A DNA stretch of 64,000 bases from an uncultured Actinomycetes bacterium (GTDB taxonomy: Bacteria > Actinomycetota > Thermoleophilia > UBA2241), in the NCBI GenBank assembly GCA_963755025.1, contig CAVWIH010000014.1:64001-128000 (forward strand), given 5' to 3'. Below, piece after piece: positions 51,189-62,724 of this stretch. How positions within the stretch are numbered: position 1 is the stretch's first letter; each line of letters starts with the position of its first letter. Below the pieces are notes generated by a model. The model did no database searches. It was not told the origin of the DNA and was given only the letters and a program-made list of their open reading frames with translations. A program made the position numbers and the translations under genes.

Positions 51189-51479
51189 ATGTGCTGCCTC
51201 GGTTGCCTCGGCATGTTCACGCCGCGCCTCGTGCTGGTCTTCCTGTGGCTCTTCACCAACGCGGTCGACCGCGCCTTCAGCAGCCTCCTGCTGCCGCTCG
51301 TCGGCATCATCTTCCTGCCGTTCACGACCCTGTTCTACGTGCTCGTATACTCGACCGCCCACAACGGCCCGACAGCCGCCGGCTGGATCCTCGTGTTCAT
51401 CGGCTTTCTGCTCGACCTCGGCTCGTACTCGTCGGGCTACCGCGATCGCCGCCGCATGCCGTACTACCCCGGCTCCTGA
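51189..51479 (+). CDS. Small three-TM membrane protein
   Basis: AAGGAG RBS; PRLVLVFLWLF..GIIFLPFTTL..LLDL. Confidence 0.78.
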   Translation: MCCLGCLGMFTPRLVLVFLWLFTNAVDRAFSSLLLPLVGIIFLPFTTLFYVLVYSTAHNGPTAAGWILVFIGFLLDLGSYSSGYRDRRRMPYYPGS

Positions 51480-51501
51480 CCGTCCACGCGCTCGACGCCC
51501 T

Positions 51502-51669
51502 TGTCCGCCGCTCGACTTCGTCGGCGCCGCTCAGACTGGCGTGACTTCGTCGCTATGCCTGTCCGCCGCTCGACTTCGTCGGCGCCGCTCAGACTGGCGT
51601 GAACTCGTCACTATGCCTGTCCGCCGCTCGACTTCGTCGGCGCCGCTCAGACTGGCGTGACTTCGTCGC
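51502..51669. repeat. 58-bp tandem repeat, about 2.9 copies, hairpin-rich (REP-like)
   Basis: Unit TGTCCGCCGCTCGACTTCGTCGGCGCCGCTCAGACTGGCGTGACTTCGTCGCTATGCC starts at 51502, 51560 and 51618. Confidence 0.92.
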
Positions 51670-51673
51670 GCGC

Positions 51674-53801
51674 CTAGTGCCCGTCCGCGCGCGACCTCGC
51701 CGTGGGCTTCACCTTTGACGGCGGCAGCTGGCCGAGCTGCCGGCGGCCGCGGCCCACGCGGTCCACGTCGACCGTGCCGCGCCCGAAGGCGTCGATGCGG
51801 CCCCAGCGTCCCGGGATGTCGAGCAGCTCGAGGTGGCCGATGCCCTGGGGCAACGCCGGGTCGACCAGCAGGTGCTCGCCGACCGGCTCGAGGCCGAGCA
51901 CCGCGCGCAGCAGCAGCAGCGGCGCCCCAGTCGACCAGGCCTGCGGGCTGCACGCCGTCGGGTACTGCACCGGGAACCTCGTGAGCTCGCGCGGGTAGCC
52001 GCCGAACGCCTCGGGCAGGCGGCCTTCGAAGAACTCGGCCGCGTCGAGGATGCCGGCCGCGATGCGCGCCGCCTCCTCCTTGAAGCCGTAGCGCCGCAGA
52101 CCCCAGGCGATGAACGAGTTGTCGAACGGCCAGATGGTGCCCACGTGGTAGCCGATCGGGTTGTAGCGGCCCTCGCCTTCGGCCAGGGTGCGCACGCCCC
52201 AGCCCGAGTACAGGCGCGTGCCCATGAGGTGCCGCGCGATCCGCTTGGCCTTGTTCTTGTCGACGATGCCGCTCCACAGCAGGTGGCCGACGTTCGAGGC
52301 GAGCGCGTCGACCTGGGCGCCGTCGGCGTCGAGGGCGAGGGCGAAGTACTCGCCGTCTGCGACCCAGAAGTCGCGGTTGAAGCGGCGCTTCAGGTCGGCG
52401 GCCTCCTTTTCGAGGCGCTCGGCGTAGGCCGGGTCCTTCCAGACCTCGCGCGCCAGGCGGGCGCCGCGCACCTTGGCGTCGTAGGCGTAGCCCTGCAGCT
52501 CGCAGGTCGCCCGCGGGAACCCCGGCAGGCGGCCGTCGCGGTAGGAGATCGAGTCCCAGGAGTCCTTCCAGCACTGGTTCTCGAGGCCGGTCTTCTCGTT
52601 GCGCCGCTTGTAGGCGACGTAGCCGTTGCCCTGCAGGTCGGCGTAGTCGTCGATCCAGTAGAGGGCGGCCCGCGCCACGGGCTCGAGGGAGCGCACGAGC
52701 CGCGTGTCGCCGGTCCAGCGCTCGTACTCGTCGAGGAGCACCACGTACAGCGCCGTGGCGTCGGCGGCACCGTAGTAGGGCGAGTGGGGCCGCTCCTCGA
52801 AGGCGGTCAGCTCGCCGAAACGCAACTCGTGCAGGATGCGCCCCGGGTCTTCGTCGCGAAAGTCGTCGACCCGCGCGCCCTGCCAGAGGCCGAGCGCCAT
52901 CAGGGTGCGTGGCCGCGAGCTCGGCGCTGAAGGGCAGCGCCTGCAGGCTGGTGAAGATGCTGTCGCGCCCGAACATCGTCATGAACCAGGGCAGGCCGGC
53001 GGCCGGCAGGTAGTGGCCGGGCAGCGACACCGGCGAGAAGCGCAGCGCCGCCAGGTCGACGAGGCTGCGCCGGTAGGTCGCCGTGAGCGACGCCCAGTCG
53101 CACTCCAGGCGGGGCGCCTCGTCGAGCCACTTGTCGAGGCTGCGCTCCATGTTCGGCTTGGCCCTGCTGGCGCCGCCCCCGTACTTGGGGATGGCGACGC
53201 TCTGACCAGGCGCGTCGACCCCGGTGGCGACATGCAGCTCGGTCTCCCAGCGGCCGTGCGGCTCGATGGTCACCTTGAACCTCAGGCCCTGCTCGTCGAT
53301 CGTCGCCGGCTTCGTCGCCGAGATCCAGGTCTCGCGCTCGAAGGTCTCGCGCCTGTACCCGAGCACGAGCCGGCCGTGGTCGTCGATGCGGCGCAGGTAC
53401 TCGCCCGACTTCTTCAGGGCGTCTTTCACCTCGAACAGGTCGGCGAAGTCGCTGTCGGCGTCGATGCGCACGTCGAGCGAGACCGCCTTGTCGTCGTGGT
53501 TCAAGATGGTGAGCTCCTCGCGAAAGCCTCCGCCCACGGCGCGCTGGCGGATCACCGACAGCTTGGCGTCGACGTAGACCGTGCCCGTGCCGGGCACGAG
53601 AAAGAAGCGCGTCTCGAAGTACTGCAGGTCGTCGACCGAGAGCGGGTTGAGCCGCTGACCGTCGATCGTCAGCACCCACTTCGACAGAAAGCGTGTGTCG
53701 AACGAGAACAGGCCGGTCGGATCGGTGAGCGACGCCTCTATGTCGCCCGCTTCATCGCTGACCACGAAGGTGTTGCCGTCGAGGATCTTGACCTCGTTCA
53801 T
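51674..53801 (-). CDS. Amylo-alpha-1,6-glucosidase / glycogen debranching enzyme family (frameshift near 52905)
   Basis: AAGLPWFMTMFGRDS, PGRILHELR, NQCWKDS, YHVGTIWPFDN, RLPEAF, CSPQAWS. Confidence 0.9.
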
Positions 53802-54178
53802 CGCCGTCCTCCCGCGTAGCCGGCCGTCGGCAGCTCGTCGCGCGCGCCCGGCGAGCCGCGGAAGAGCCGCTGAAAGGCGAGCAGCAGGATGAACTTGCCG
53901 CGTACGGTGACGGCGCCGCGCAGCAGGGCCGCCATGGCGTTGGTCTCACCGGACAGCACGTCGTCAAAGGTCGTGCGGTCTGTGCTCAGCACGAGATCGG
54001 CGTCGTGGTCGCTGTGCGAGATCGCCATGTCGCCCCGCTTGACGTCGACGTACCAGTGCTCGGTGCGCTTGCCGCCGCTCAAGTCGAACCGCAGGCTGCC
54101 CGAGAAGCTCGCCAGCATGGGCTCGTGGCCTTTGGCGGCGAGGCCCTCGAAGAACGCCCGCGTCGGATCGGCCATCAC
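53798..54178 (-). CDS. SCP2 sterol-binding domain protein
   Basis: GSLRFDL..WYVDV..ADLVL..NAMAALLRG.V.VRG; ATGA overlap with the debranching gene. Confidence 0.82.
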   Translation of the reverse strand: MMADPTRAFFEGLAAKGHEPMLASFSGSLRFDLSGGKRTEHWYVDVKRGDMAISHSDHDADLVLSTDRTTFDDVLSGETNAMAALLRGAVTVRGKFILLLAFQRLFRGSPGARDELPTAGYAGGRR

Positions 54179-54356
54179 TCACCCTCTTCCCTCGCTTGAT
54201 GGGGCGCCGGCGAACAAGGCTGCGCAGCGCGCGGTCGCGCGGGCCCCAACGGTCCAGCGAGTTGTGTACCCGGGAAGCGGGCGCCGCCGCGGTCGTTCGC
54301 CGTTGCCGGCGAAGGACACGGGCCGGTCGGCGGGCATCGGGCCGGCGGAGCGACGG

Positions 54357-55897
54357 TCAGGCGGGCTCGGCGGCGGGCGGCTCGGCGGCGGGCGGCCGCT
54401 GCGCTTCGGCCAGGTCGGCGAGGGCATGCTGCTGCTGCTTCGTCGCCGGATAGAGCTCGCGGTAGATGCGGTACGGCTCGTCGTAGGCCGCCGCGGCGTC
54501 GGGATCGGGCGCCACGACGGCGCGCGGCCCGCTCCAGTCGGTGGCCAGGTCGGCGCGCCCGGCGGCGATCGCCGCGAGCAGGGCGGCTCCCACGGTGGCG
54601 ACCGCGGGCGCCTCGAGGACGTCCTGCTCGAGGCCGGTGACGTCGCTGACGATCTGCGGCCAGAGCACGCCCTTGAGCTCGGCGTCGGAGGCCACCAGGC
54701 GCTGCGGACGGCTGCCGGCCTCGCGCATGACGTCGAGGTTGTGCCGCACGGAGAAGGCGATGCCCTCGAGCGCCGCGCGAAACACGTGCGCGCTCGTGTG
54801 CGCGAGGCTCAAGCCGGCGACCACACCCCGGGCGCGCGGGTCGAAGAGCGGCGTGCGCTCCCCCGCGAAGTAGGGCAGCACGACGACGCCGCCGGCGCCC
54901 GGCGGCACGCGCCGCGCCGCGGCGGTCAGGGCGCCGAAGTCGGGCGCGCCGCACAGGTCGCGCACCCAGCCCGCCAGGGCGCCGGCGGTCGCCGTGCCGG
55001 CCGCCAGGTTGCGCGCGCCGGAGACGAAGCTCGCCGGGCTCCAGAGCCGGGGGTCGGGCGCGGGCGGTGGTCATCACCTCGGCCAGGAACATGGTCGTGC
55101 CGTAGGCCAGCAGCAGCCGGCCGGGGCGCCGCACCCCGGCGCCGAACGCCTCGGCGAGCGAATCGATGGTGCCGGCGGCGACCGGGATGCCGGCGGGCAG
55201 CCCCGTCTGGGCGGCGGCCGCGGCGCTGACGACGCCGGCCGCCTCCTGCGGCCAGCGCAGCGGCGGCAACGGCGGCAGCGACGCACCGGGAGCGAGCCCG
55301 GCCAGCCACTCGTCGATCCAGGCGTTCACGTGCACGTCGTACAGGGGCGCCCACTGGCTGGCCGAGTGGTGGTCGAGCACGTACTCGCCGGTCAGGCGAT
55401 GGGTCAGGAACGAGCTCGCCCCGAACAGCCGCCGCGTGGCGCGCAGCACGTCGGGTTCGTGGCGGGCCACCCAGGCGAGCTTGGGGCCCACGGCCTGCGT
55501 GGTCAGCGGCGAGCCGCAGCGCGCGAGGATGGCGGCCGCGCCCAGCGCGCTCGTCGAGCTCGGCGATCTCGGCCACGGCGCGCGTGTCGATGCCGTAGAG
55601 GATGGCCGGCCGCAGCGGCCGGCCGGCGGCGTCGGCGAGCACGAGACAGGGGCCCAGGGCAGCCGCGGCGGCGGCCACGACGTGGCCGCCGCCGCGCGGC
55701 GGCAGCAGGCGCCGGCAGAGGGTGACGACGTCGGCCCACCAGACCGCGTCGGGGTCTTGCTCGGCCCAGCCGGGCCGCGGCCGCGAGATCTGATGGGCGA
55801 CCTCTTCGAGGGCCACGACGCGCCCGTCGAGCGAGACGAGGGCCGCCTTGCTCGTCGTCGAGCCGATGTCGATGCCCAGGACGAGCTCGGCGCCCAT
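54357..55897 (-). CDS. FGGY-family carbohydrate kinase (xylulokinase-like), frameshifts near 55545 and 55055
   Basis: LGIDIGSTTSK, GWAEQDP, DTRA, LPYFAGERTP, RAALEGIAF. Confidence 0.88.
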
Positions 55898-55907
55898 CGC
55901 TCTCGCG

Positions 55908-57206
55908 TCAGCCGGTCGCGCCGGTCGCCGGCGGCGAGTCCTTGGCGCCGTAGCGGCGCCGGTAGAGCACGTAGGCGACGCCGCCGGCGGGGATCGGCAT
56001 CCAGAACGAGACGAGGCGGTAGGCGAGCGTGCGCCAGCGTCGCGTCGGCGGCGCCGACGCCGGCCAGGCCGAGGGTCGCGACCAGGCCGACCTCGACGAA
56101 GCCCGAGCCCGCCGGGGGTGATCGGCACCATGCCGAGCAGGGCCGCCACGACGTAGGCGATCAGCACGAGCGAGGCGCGCGGCCGCGCGCCCGGTGGCGG
56201 CCAGGGCGGCGAGCAGGGCGCTGTAGTCGAGCAGCCAGTTGCCGGCCGCGTAAGGCAGCGCCTCCCACCAGCGCCGGCCGAGCATGCGACTTGATGAGGT
56301 CGCGCTCGTCGACCAGCCGGTCGGGCAGGCCGCTGGCGGGCTCGCGATGGCGCAGCAGGCGGTTGCGCGCCCGCTGCACGAGGGTGCCGACCGCGCGCAG
56401 CGGCCGGTCGGAGAACAGGGCGACGGCGCCCGCCGCCAGGATCAGGGCGAAGACGACTCATGCCGTAGGTGAGGGCGCGCAGCAGGGTGCCGGCCACGGT
56501 CACGCCGCCGAACAGGATGGCCGGCAGCGACAGGACGGGCAGCGAGAACAGCACGGCCGTCGACAGCAGCGTGGTCGCCGTGAGCCCCGAGATGACGCGT
56601 TCGGGCGGCGCCCCGCTCGCGGTGAACATCCCGTAGCTCGCCGTGCCGCCCGAGGCGGCGCCGCCCGGGATCACGCGGCTCACGGCGTTGCTCGTGAGCT
56701 GCGCCGTGGCGATCAGAAACCAGCTCTTCTCGTTCAGGGTCAGGCGCATGAGGCCCCAGGCGCACGAGAAGCTGCGCCACCTCGAGCACGCCCATGAGGA
56801 CGAACCACAGCCACAGGATGCCGCGCAGCTGGGGAAGGTGCGAGAACAGATCGACGAGCTGCGGCCAGACGAAGTACAGGCCTATGCCGGCGACGGCGAA
56901 GACGAGGATCTGGCGCAGCGGCAGGCGCTTGAGGAAGGCGACGACGCCCGAGGCGGGCGGGCGGGCGCCGGGCGCGCCGTCGCGCGGAGCGCCGGGCTCG
57001 CCGTCGCGCGGCGCCGCGGCGCGCGGGGCGTCGTGGCTCGGGGGCCGCGCGGCGGCGGGCCGCGGGGCGTCGTGACTCGGGGGCGTATCGCCGCCGGAAC
57101 CGCGCGCGGGCGGGGCGACGGCGCCCTGCTCAAGCGGCGGCTCGCGATCGGCCGCTCGTGTGCGACGCCGCTGTGGTCCGCCGGGTGCGGTGTGGTTGCC
57201 GGACAT
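55908..57206 (-). CDS. Lysylphosphatidylglycerol synthase TM / flippase-like protein (several frameshifts)
   Basis: NAVSRVIPGG, PITPGGLG(F)VE, LAYRLVSFWMP. Confidence 0.78.
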
Positions 57207-57312
57207 TTCGCGACCCATGCTATCGCTTCCCCACATCCGCGCGGAAACACCCGCCCTCGTCGCGCGGCCGCGCGACACGGTAAGCTTCGTCCACGCCGAC
57301 CACGGGGGCACG

Positions 57313-58341
57313 ATGCCGACGACGACCCAGACGTTTCCCAAGATCGAGCTGCACGTCCACCTCGAGGGCACGGTACGGCCGGCGACGTTGCTCGCCATCG
57401 CGCGGCGCAACGGTTACCGGCTGCCCGCCGACACCGTCGAAGGCCTGGCCGAGCTGTGCACGTTTCGCGACTTCCCCCACTTTCTGTCGGTCTGGATGGC
57501 GACGACCCCCGCCCTGCAGACCGCCGACGACTTTCGCCGCGTCGTCGTCGACTACGCGACCGAGGCCGCCGGCCACGGCGCCGTCTACCTCGAGGCGATC
57601 TTCTCGCCGGCCGAGCCCGCCGCCCGCGGCATCGCCTGGCAGGAGGTCTTCGAGGGCTACTGCGACGGCGCCCGCGAGGCGCGGGAGCAGCTGGGCGTCG
57701 AGATACGGCTGACGCCCGACATCACCCGCGCCTTCAGCCCGGAGGTCGCCGCAGAGACGGTCGCCTGGTGCGGCCGCTACCGCGAGCGCGGTGTGGTCGC
57801 CGTGGGGCTCGGCGGTCCCGAGAACGCCCCGGAGCCCTTCGCCCCCGCCTTCGCCCTCGCCCGTTCGCTGGGCCTGGGCGCCGTGCCGCACGCCGGCGAG
57901 GCCGCCGGCCCCGCCTCGGTGCGCGGCGCGCTCGATGCGCTCGGCGCCGATCGCATCCGCCACGGCATCCGCTCGGTCGAAGACCCGGCCCTCGTCGCCG
58001 AGCTCGGCGCGCGAGGCACGGTGCTCGACGTGACGCCGGTCTCCAACCTGCGCACGCGGGTCGTCGACGCGCTCGACGACCACCCCCTGCGCGCCCTGCG
58101 CGCCGCCGGCGTGCGCTGCTCCATCTCGACCGACGACCCGGCCCTGTTCGGCACCGACCTGCCGCTCGACTACGCCATGGCCGCCCACCTGGGCGCCGCG
58201 CCGCGCTGGGCCTTCGACAACGGCGTGGCCGGCGCGCTGTGCGACGAGGGCACGCGGGCGCGTCTGCGGCGCATCGGCGACCAGTTCGACTGGGCGGCCG
58301 TCGAGCCACCGGCGGCGGCGCTCATAGACACGCTGCGCTGA
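57313..58341 (+). CDS. add: Adenosine/adenine deaminase
   Basis: PKIELHVHLEG, HAGE, RIRHG, SNL, STDDPALFG. Confidence 0.92.
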   Translation: MPTTTQTFPKIELHVHLEGTVRPATLLAIARRNGYRLPADTVEGLAELCTFRDFPHFLSVWMATTPALQTADDFRRVVVDYATEAAGHGAVYLEAIFSPAEPAARGIAWQEVFEGYCDGAREAREQLGVEIRLTPDITRAFSPEVAAETVAWCGRYRERGVVAVGLGGPENAPEPFAPAFALARSLGLGAVPHAGEAAGPASVRGALDALGADRIRHGIRSVEDPALVAELGARGTVLDVTPVSNLRTRVVDALDDHPLRALRAAGVRCSISTDDPALFGTDLPLDYAMAAHLGAAPRWAFDNGVAGALCDEGTRARLRRIGDQFDWAAVEPPAAALIDTLR

Positions 58342-58422
58342 CGCCAGCGCGCGGCCGGCGCGCTTGCGGCCCCGAAGGCGACCGCGCGGGCCGGCGTGCG
58401 GCACCGCCCGCCGGCCGCCGTC

Positions 58423-60019
58423 TCAGGCCACCTCGCCCTCGCCGCGAGCCGGCACGATGGGCTGCGCCTCGGTGGCCAGCGAGGTCGCCACCGTCTCTTC
58501 TTTGGCGACCGTCCCGCGGCCCACGAACACCGCCGACAGCACGGCGCCGCACAGCAGGGCCACCGCCGACACGCCCAGCGCCACGTGGATGCCGTAGACG
58601 AACGAGTTGTCGATGGTGCGATGCAGCAGCGCCGGGTCGACGCTCGCCGGCACGCTGCCGGTCGTGGTGCCGCCGCCGTGGCTGGCGAGCGCCACGATCT
58701 GCGCCTTGGCGGTGGCGGGCAGCGGGAAGTGCGCGAGCGAGCCGGAAAGGTCGCTCGAGAACCAGTGCGTGACGATCGCCCCGAGCAGGGCGATGCCGAA
58801 CACCCCGCCCACCTCGCGCGTAGCGTTGGTGGTGCCCGACGCCATGCCGGCTCGCGCCCGCGGCACGGTCGAGGTCACGGCGGCCGTCATGGGCGCCATC
58901 ACCATGCCCATGCCGACGCCCAGCATCAGCATGTTCCACCATAGCGCCCCGTACGCCGTGGTCGGCGTGATGCGTTCGAGCAGCAAAATGCCGACGCCGG
59001 CGATCGTCATGCCGGCCGTCATGGGCCAGCGCGAACCGATGCGGCCCGCGATCTGCCCGGCGAGCGGCGCGGTGAAGATGATCGCCCCGGTGAGCGGCAG
59101 CACGCGCAGCCCCATCTGCAGGGCCGAGTAGCCCTGGATGTTCTGCCAGTACAGCGTCAAGAAGAAGAAGATGCCGAACATGCCGAAGCTGATCAACCCG
59201 GCGACCGTCGACCCGGCGGCGAAGGTCGGATTGCGAAAGAAGCGCAGCGGCAGCATGGGGCTGCGGGTGTGGGCCTCGACCCAGAGGAAGGCAGCCTGGG
59301 TGACGACGCCCACGGCAAAGAGGGTGAGGATAAGCGGCGAGGTCCAGCCGTAGTTGTTGGCCTCGATCAGGCCGTAGACCAGCGCGCCCAGCGAGACGAT
59401 CGCCAGGACCTGGCCGCGCACGTCGAGCGAGCGGCCCTCGGGGTTGGACGACTCCCGCACGGTGCGCAGGGCCACGAAGAACGCCACGATGCCGATCGGC
59501 ACGTTGACGAAGAACACGCTCTGCCAGCCCAGCGAGTCGACCAGCACGCCGCCGATGCACGGGGCCGGCCGCGAGGGCAAGACCCGACACGCCGGCCCAC
59601 AAGCCGATCGCCTGGGCGCGCTCGCGGGGGTCGGGGAACGTGGTGATGAGGATCGACAGGGTGCCCGGCAGCAGGGCGGCCGCGCCGATGCCCTGGATGG
59701 CGCGACCCACGACCAGCCAGTGCAGCGACGGCGCCAGTCCGCAAAGCAGCGAGCCGCTGGTGAAGACCACGAGGCCGGTCAGGAACCAGCGCTTGCGGCC
59801 GTAGAGGTCGCCGAGCGTGCCGCCGGTCAGCATGAGGCTGGCGAAGAACAGCGTGTAGGCCGTGATGATCCACTGCAGGCCCGACACTCCCGAGCCGAGG
59901 TCGCGCTGGATGGTCGGCAGGGCCACGTTCACGACCGTGTTGTCGAGCATGGCCATGAACAGGGCGAAACACATGGTGAACAGGGTCGTGAGCTTGACCC
60001 GGCGATCGACGGCGAACAT
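58423..60019 (-). CDS. DHA2 (EmrB/QacA) family MFS transporter (frameshift near 59570)
   Basis: LDNTVVNVALP, GTLGDLYGRKR, GRAIQGIGAA, FFVNVPIG, REVGG. Confidence 0.92.
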
Positions 60020-60381
60020 GAGGACTCCGCTTTCTGGGTGCTGGATGGTCGGACAGTGCCGAAGGGGGATGGCCCCGCGCGCGGCCCGGGCGGCCACGCC
60101 ACCTCGAGCCTTCGTGGCTCTTTCCCGCTCGCGCGAGTTCATAACGCCGCGCCGCGGTCGTGGCCGTCACCGCCCAGCGGGGCGATGGCCGGCGGTCCGC
60201 GCGGGCCCGCGAGCCGGCCGGCGAGGGCGTCGCAGGCTCCCCAACACTGGACGAACACCCCTGCGAGCCTGTTGTCTACTACCTACCGATTCACTGGCCC
60301 GCTTGCAGGAGCCTGCCTGAACGGGTGTCCGCAGGGGCTAACGAGGGTAGCCAGAGCCGAGTCTGGCACAGGGGGTCGAGC

Positions 60382-60798
60382 GTGGGGTCGAGTGTCGAGG
60401 CCATCAGCGGAGCCGGATGGCCGTTTCTCGTGTACGGCGTACTCGTCGTCATCATCGCGGCGAGCATCGTCGGCATCGCGGCCGTCCTTGGTCAGAGGCA
60501 TCGTGACCTGACGACCGGTGAGCGCTACGAATCCGGCCTTCCCCAAGCCGGCCCGCTGCCCCGGCGCTTCTCCATCGAGTTCTACCAGATCGCCGTCTTC
60601 TTCGTGGTGTTCGACCTCGAAGCGGTGTTCATCTTCGCCTGGGCGGTAGCCCTGCGCGACGTGGGCTGGCGCGGCTACGCCGAAGCGCTGACCTTCATCG
60701 TGCTGCTGCTCGCCGGCCTGGTCTACCTGTGGCGCCTGGGGGCGCTCGACTGGGGCACGGGCGCGCGACTGCGCGGCAAGCGCCGCCGGGCGCGGTGA
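60382..60798 (+). CDS. nuoA: Second, orphan NADH-quinone oxidoreductase subunit A
   Basis: RYESG, FYQIAVFFVVFDLEAVFIFAWA, GLVYLWRLGALDW. Confidence 0.9.
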   Translation: MGSSVEAISGAGWPFLVYGVLVVIIAASIVGIAAVLGQRHRDLTTGERYESGLPQAGPLPRRFSIEFYQIAVFFVVFDLEAVFIFAWAVALRDVGWRGYAEALTFIVLLLAGLVYLWRLGALDWGTGARLRGKRRRAR

Positions 60799-62724
60799 TG
60801 GCGCGCCTCCCCCGCTTCGCGCGCCTCGCCGCGCTGCCCGTCGTGGCCGCGGTCGCCTTGGCGATCGTGCTGCCCGGCGTGGTCAAGGCGGCCGACCTCG
60901 AGCCCCACCCCGACGAGCGCGGCCAGCCCTGCGGGCCTGGCGGCCTCGCCCGGTACGGCGGCGACCCCGGCCCATCTCGGCGAGCCCCGCGCCGGCCGCT
61001 TCGTCGACGCCTTTGCCGGGCTCGGGCGCGGCCATCTTCGCCGCCAACTGCTCGGGCTGCCACGGCGACCACGGCCAGGGGCTGCATCGGCCCCAGCCAG
61101 CAGGCCGACGCGTTCCCCAGCCTCGTCGCCGGCATGGTCCGGCGCGGCGGCATCTCGATGCCGGCCTTCCGCCAGTTCTCGCCGGCGCAGGTCGCCGCGG
61201 TCTCGAGCTTCGTCGCCACGCAGATCGCCGACTCCCGCCGCCCGCACCGCGACCATCGCCGAGGGCGGTGCAGCTCTTCCGCCTGTACTGCTCGGGCTGC
61301 CACAGCTCGACCGGGCGCGGCGGCGCCCTGAGCCAGGGCCGCAACGCGCCGTCGCTGGCCGATTCCCCGCCGCCGAGGCGCTCGCCGCCATGATCCTGGG
61401 CCGCGGCAACATGCCGAACTTCGCCGGGACGACCTTCAACGTGCGTCAGCAGGCCTCTGTGGCGCTCTACGTCGAGACACTCCAGAAGCCGCCCTCGCCG
61501 GGCGGCTGGGGGCTGGGCTACATCGGGCCGGTCACCGAAGGCCTCGCCTGCTTCGCCGCGCTCGGCCTGATCGTGCTGCTCACCGTGTGGCTCGCCTGGG
61601 GCAAGGGCCAGGTCAAACCGGCCGCGCCCGGCACGGCTGCGGTGCTCCTCGCCGGCGCCGGCGACGCGCCCGGCACCGAAGCTCCGCTCGTCGCCGCCTC
61701 TGGCCCCGCGGCGGCCCCCGAAGCTCCGCCTGGCGCCGCCACCGGACCCGCGGCCGCAGTCGATCCGGCGCCCAGCGCCGGCCGCCCCGCGCTCGCACCG
61801 CCCGGCTGGCCGGCCGCGATCGGCCTCCTCGTCGCCATCGCCGGCGCCGTCGGCTTCGTCACCTTCTTCATCCTCGGCAACAGCGCGCAGAGGCTCGGCG
61901 GCACCATGGCGCTCTCGTTCCTGGGCCTCGGCTTCGCCCTGGCCTACTGGGGGCGCGACCTGACCAGCGACGAGGTCGAAGTGGGCCACTACCCGCTGCC
62001 GCCCGAGCCGGCCTCCGCGCCGGTCGCGACGCTCGTACCGGCGCCGGCGCCGGCCGCCGCGGCGCCTGCCGGCGAGACCGTCGCCGCCACGACCGGTCTG
62101 GCGCCCGCCCCGGCCGACACCGTGTCGGCCGAGCTGGGCGACGAGCTGGCGCGCAGCACGAACGTGCTCACCAGGCGGCGCTTCCTGACGGTGCTGCTGG
62201 TCGGCGCCGCCACCGTGGTCGGGCTCAGCCAGCTCGCCCTGGCCGCCTCGCTGGGGCCCAAGTCGCGCGGCCTGCGCTCGACGGCCTGGCGGCCCGGCGT
62301 GCGCCTGGTCACGACCGACGGTGTGCCCATCTCCCACACCGCGCTGCAGGGCGGCGGCGTGATCGTGGCCTTCCCCGAAGGCCACCTCGAAGCCGCCGAC
62401 TCGCAGGTCGCCCTGCTGCACCTGACCGACATCGCGCCCCTGGCCGGCCGCGAGTCGTGGAGCCCGGAGAGCTTCTTCGCCTACTCACGCGTGTGCACCC
62501 ACGCGGGCTGCGCCGTCGCCCAGTACGAGGACGAGTCCCAGGTGCTGCTCTGCCCCTGCCACCAGTCGACCTTCGACCTGCGCCAGGGCGCCCGGCCGAT
62601 CAGCGGCCCCGCCGCGCGCCCGCTGCCGCAGCTGCCGCTGGCCATCGACGCCGAGGGCTACCTGATCGCCCAGAGCGACTTCGACACACCAATCGGCCCC
62701 GGATTCTGGAACCTCTATGCCTGA
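60798..62724 (+). CDS. Fused diheme cytochrome c (QcrC) and Rieske protein (QcrA); several frameshifts in 60900-61385
   Basis: Signal peptide; CSGCH at 61049 and 61289; GGWGLGYIGPVTEG plus TM; then in the same frame two TM, TRRRFL, CTHAGC and CPCHQS. Confidence 0.85.

Noticed and set aside
51502-51669. CRISPR or guide-RNA array
   Set aside because: The units are near-identical end to end, with no unique spacers and no cas or nuclease gene nearby.
60180-60380. Riboswitch between the MFS gene and the second nuoA
   Set aside because: Some complementary segments (CCCCTGCG/CGCAGGGG; GCCAGA/TCTGGC) but no recognisable family signature; probably a divergent promoter region.
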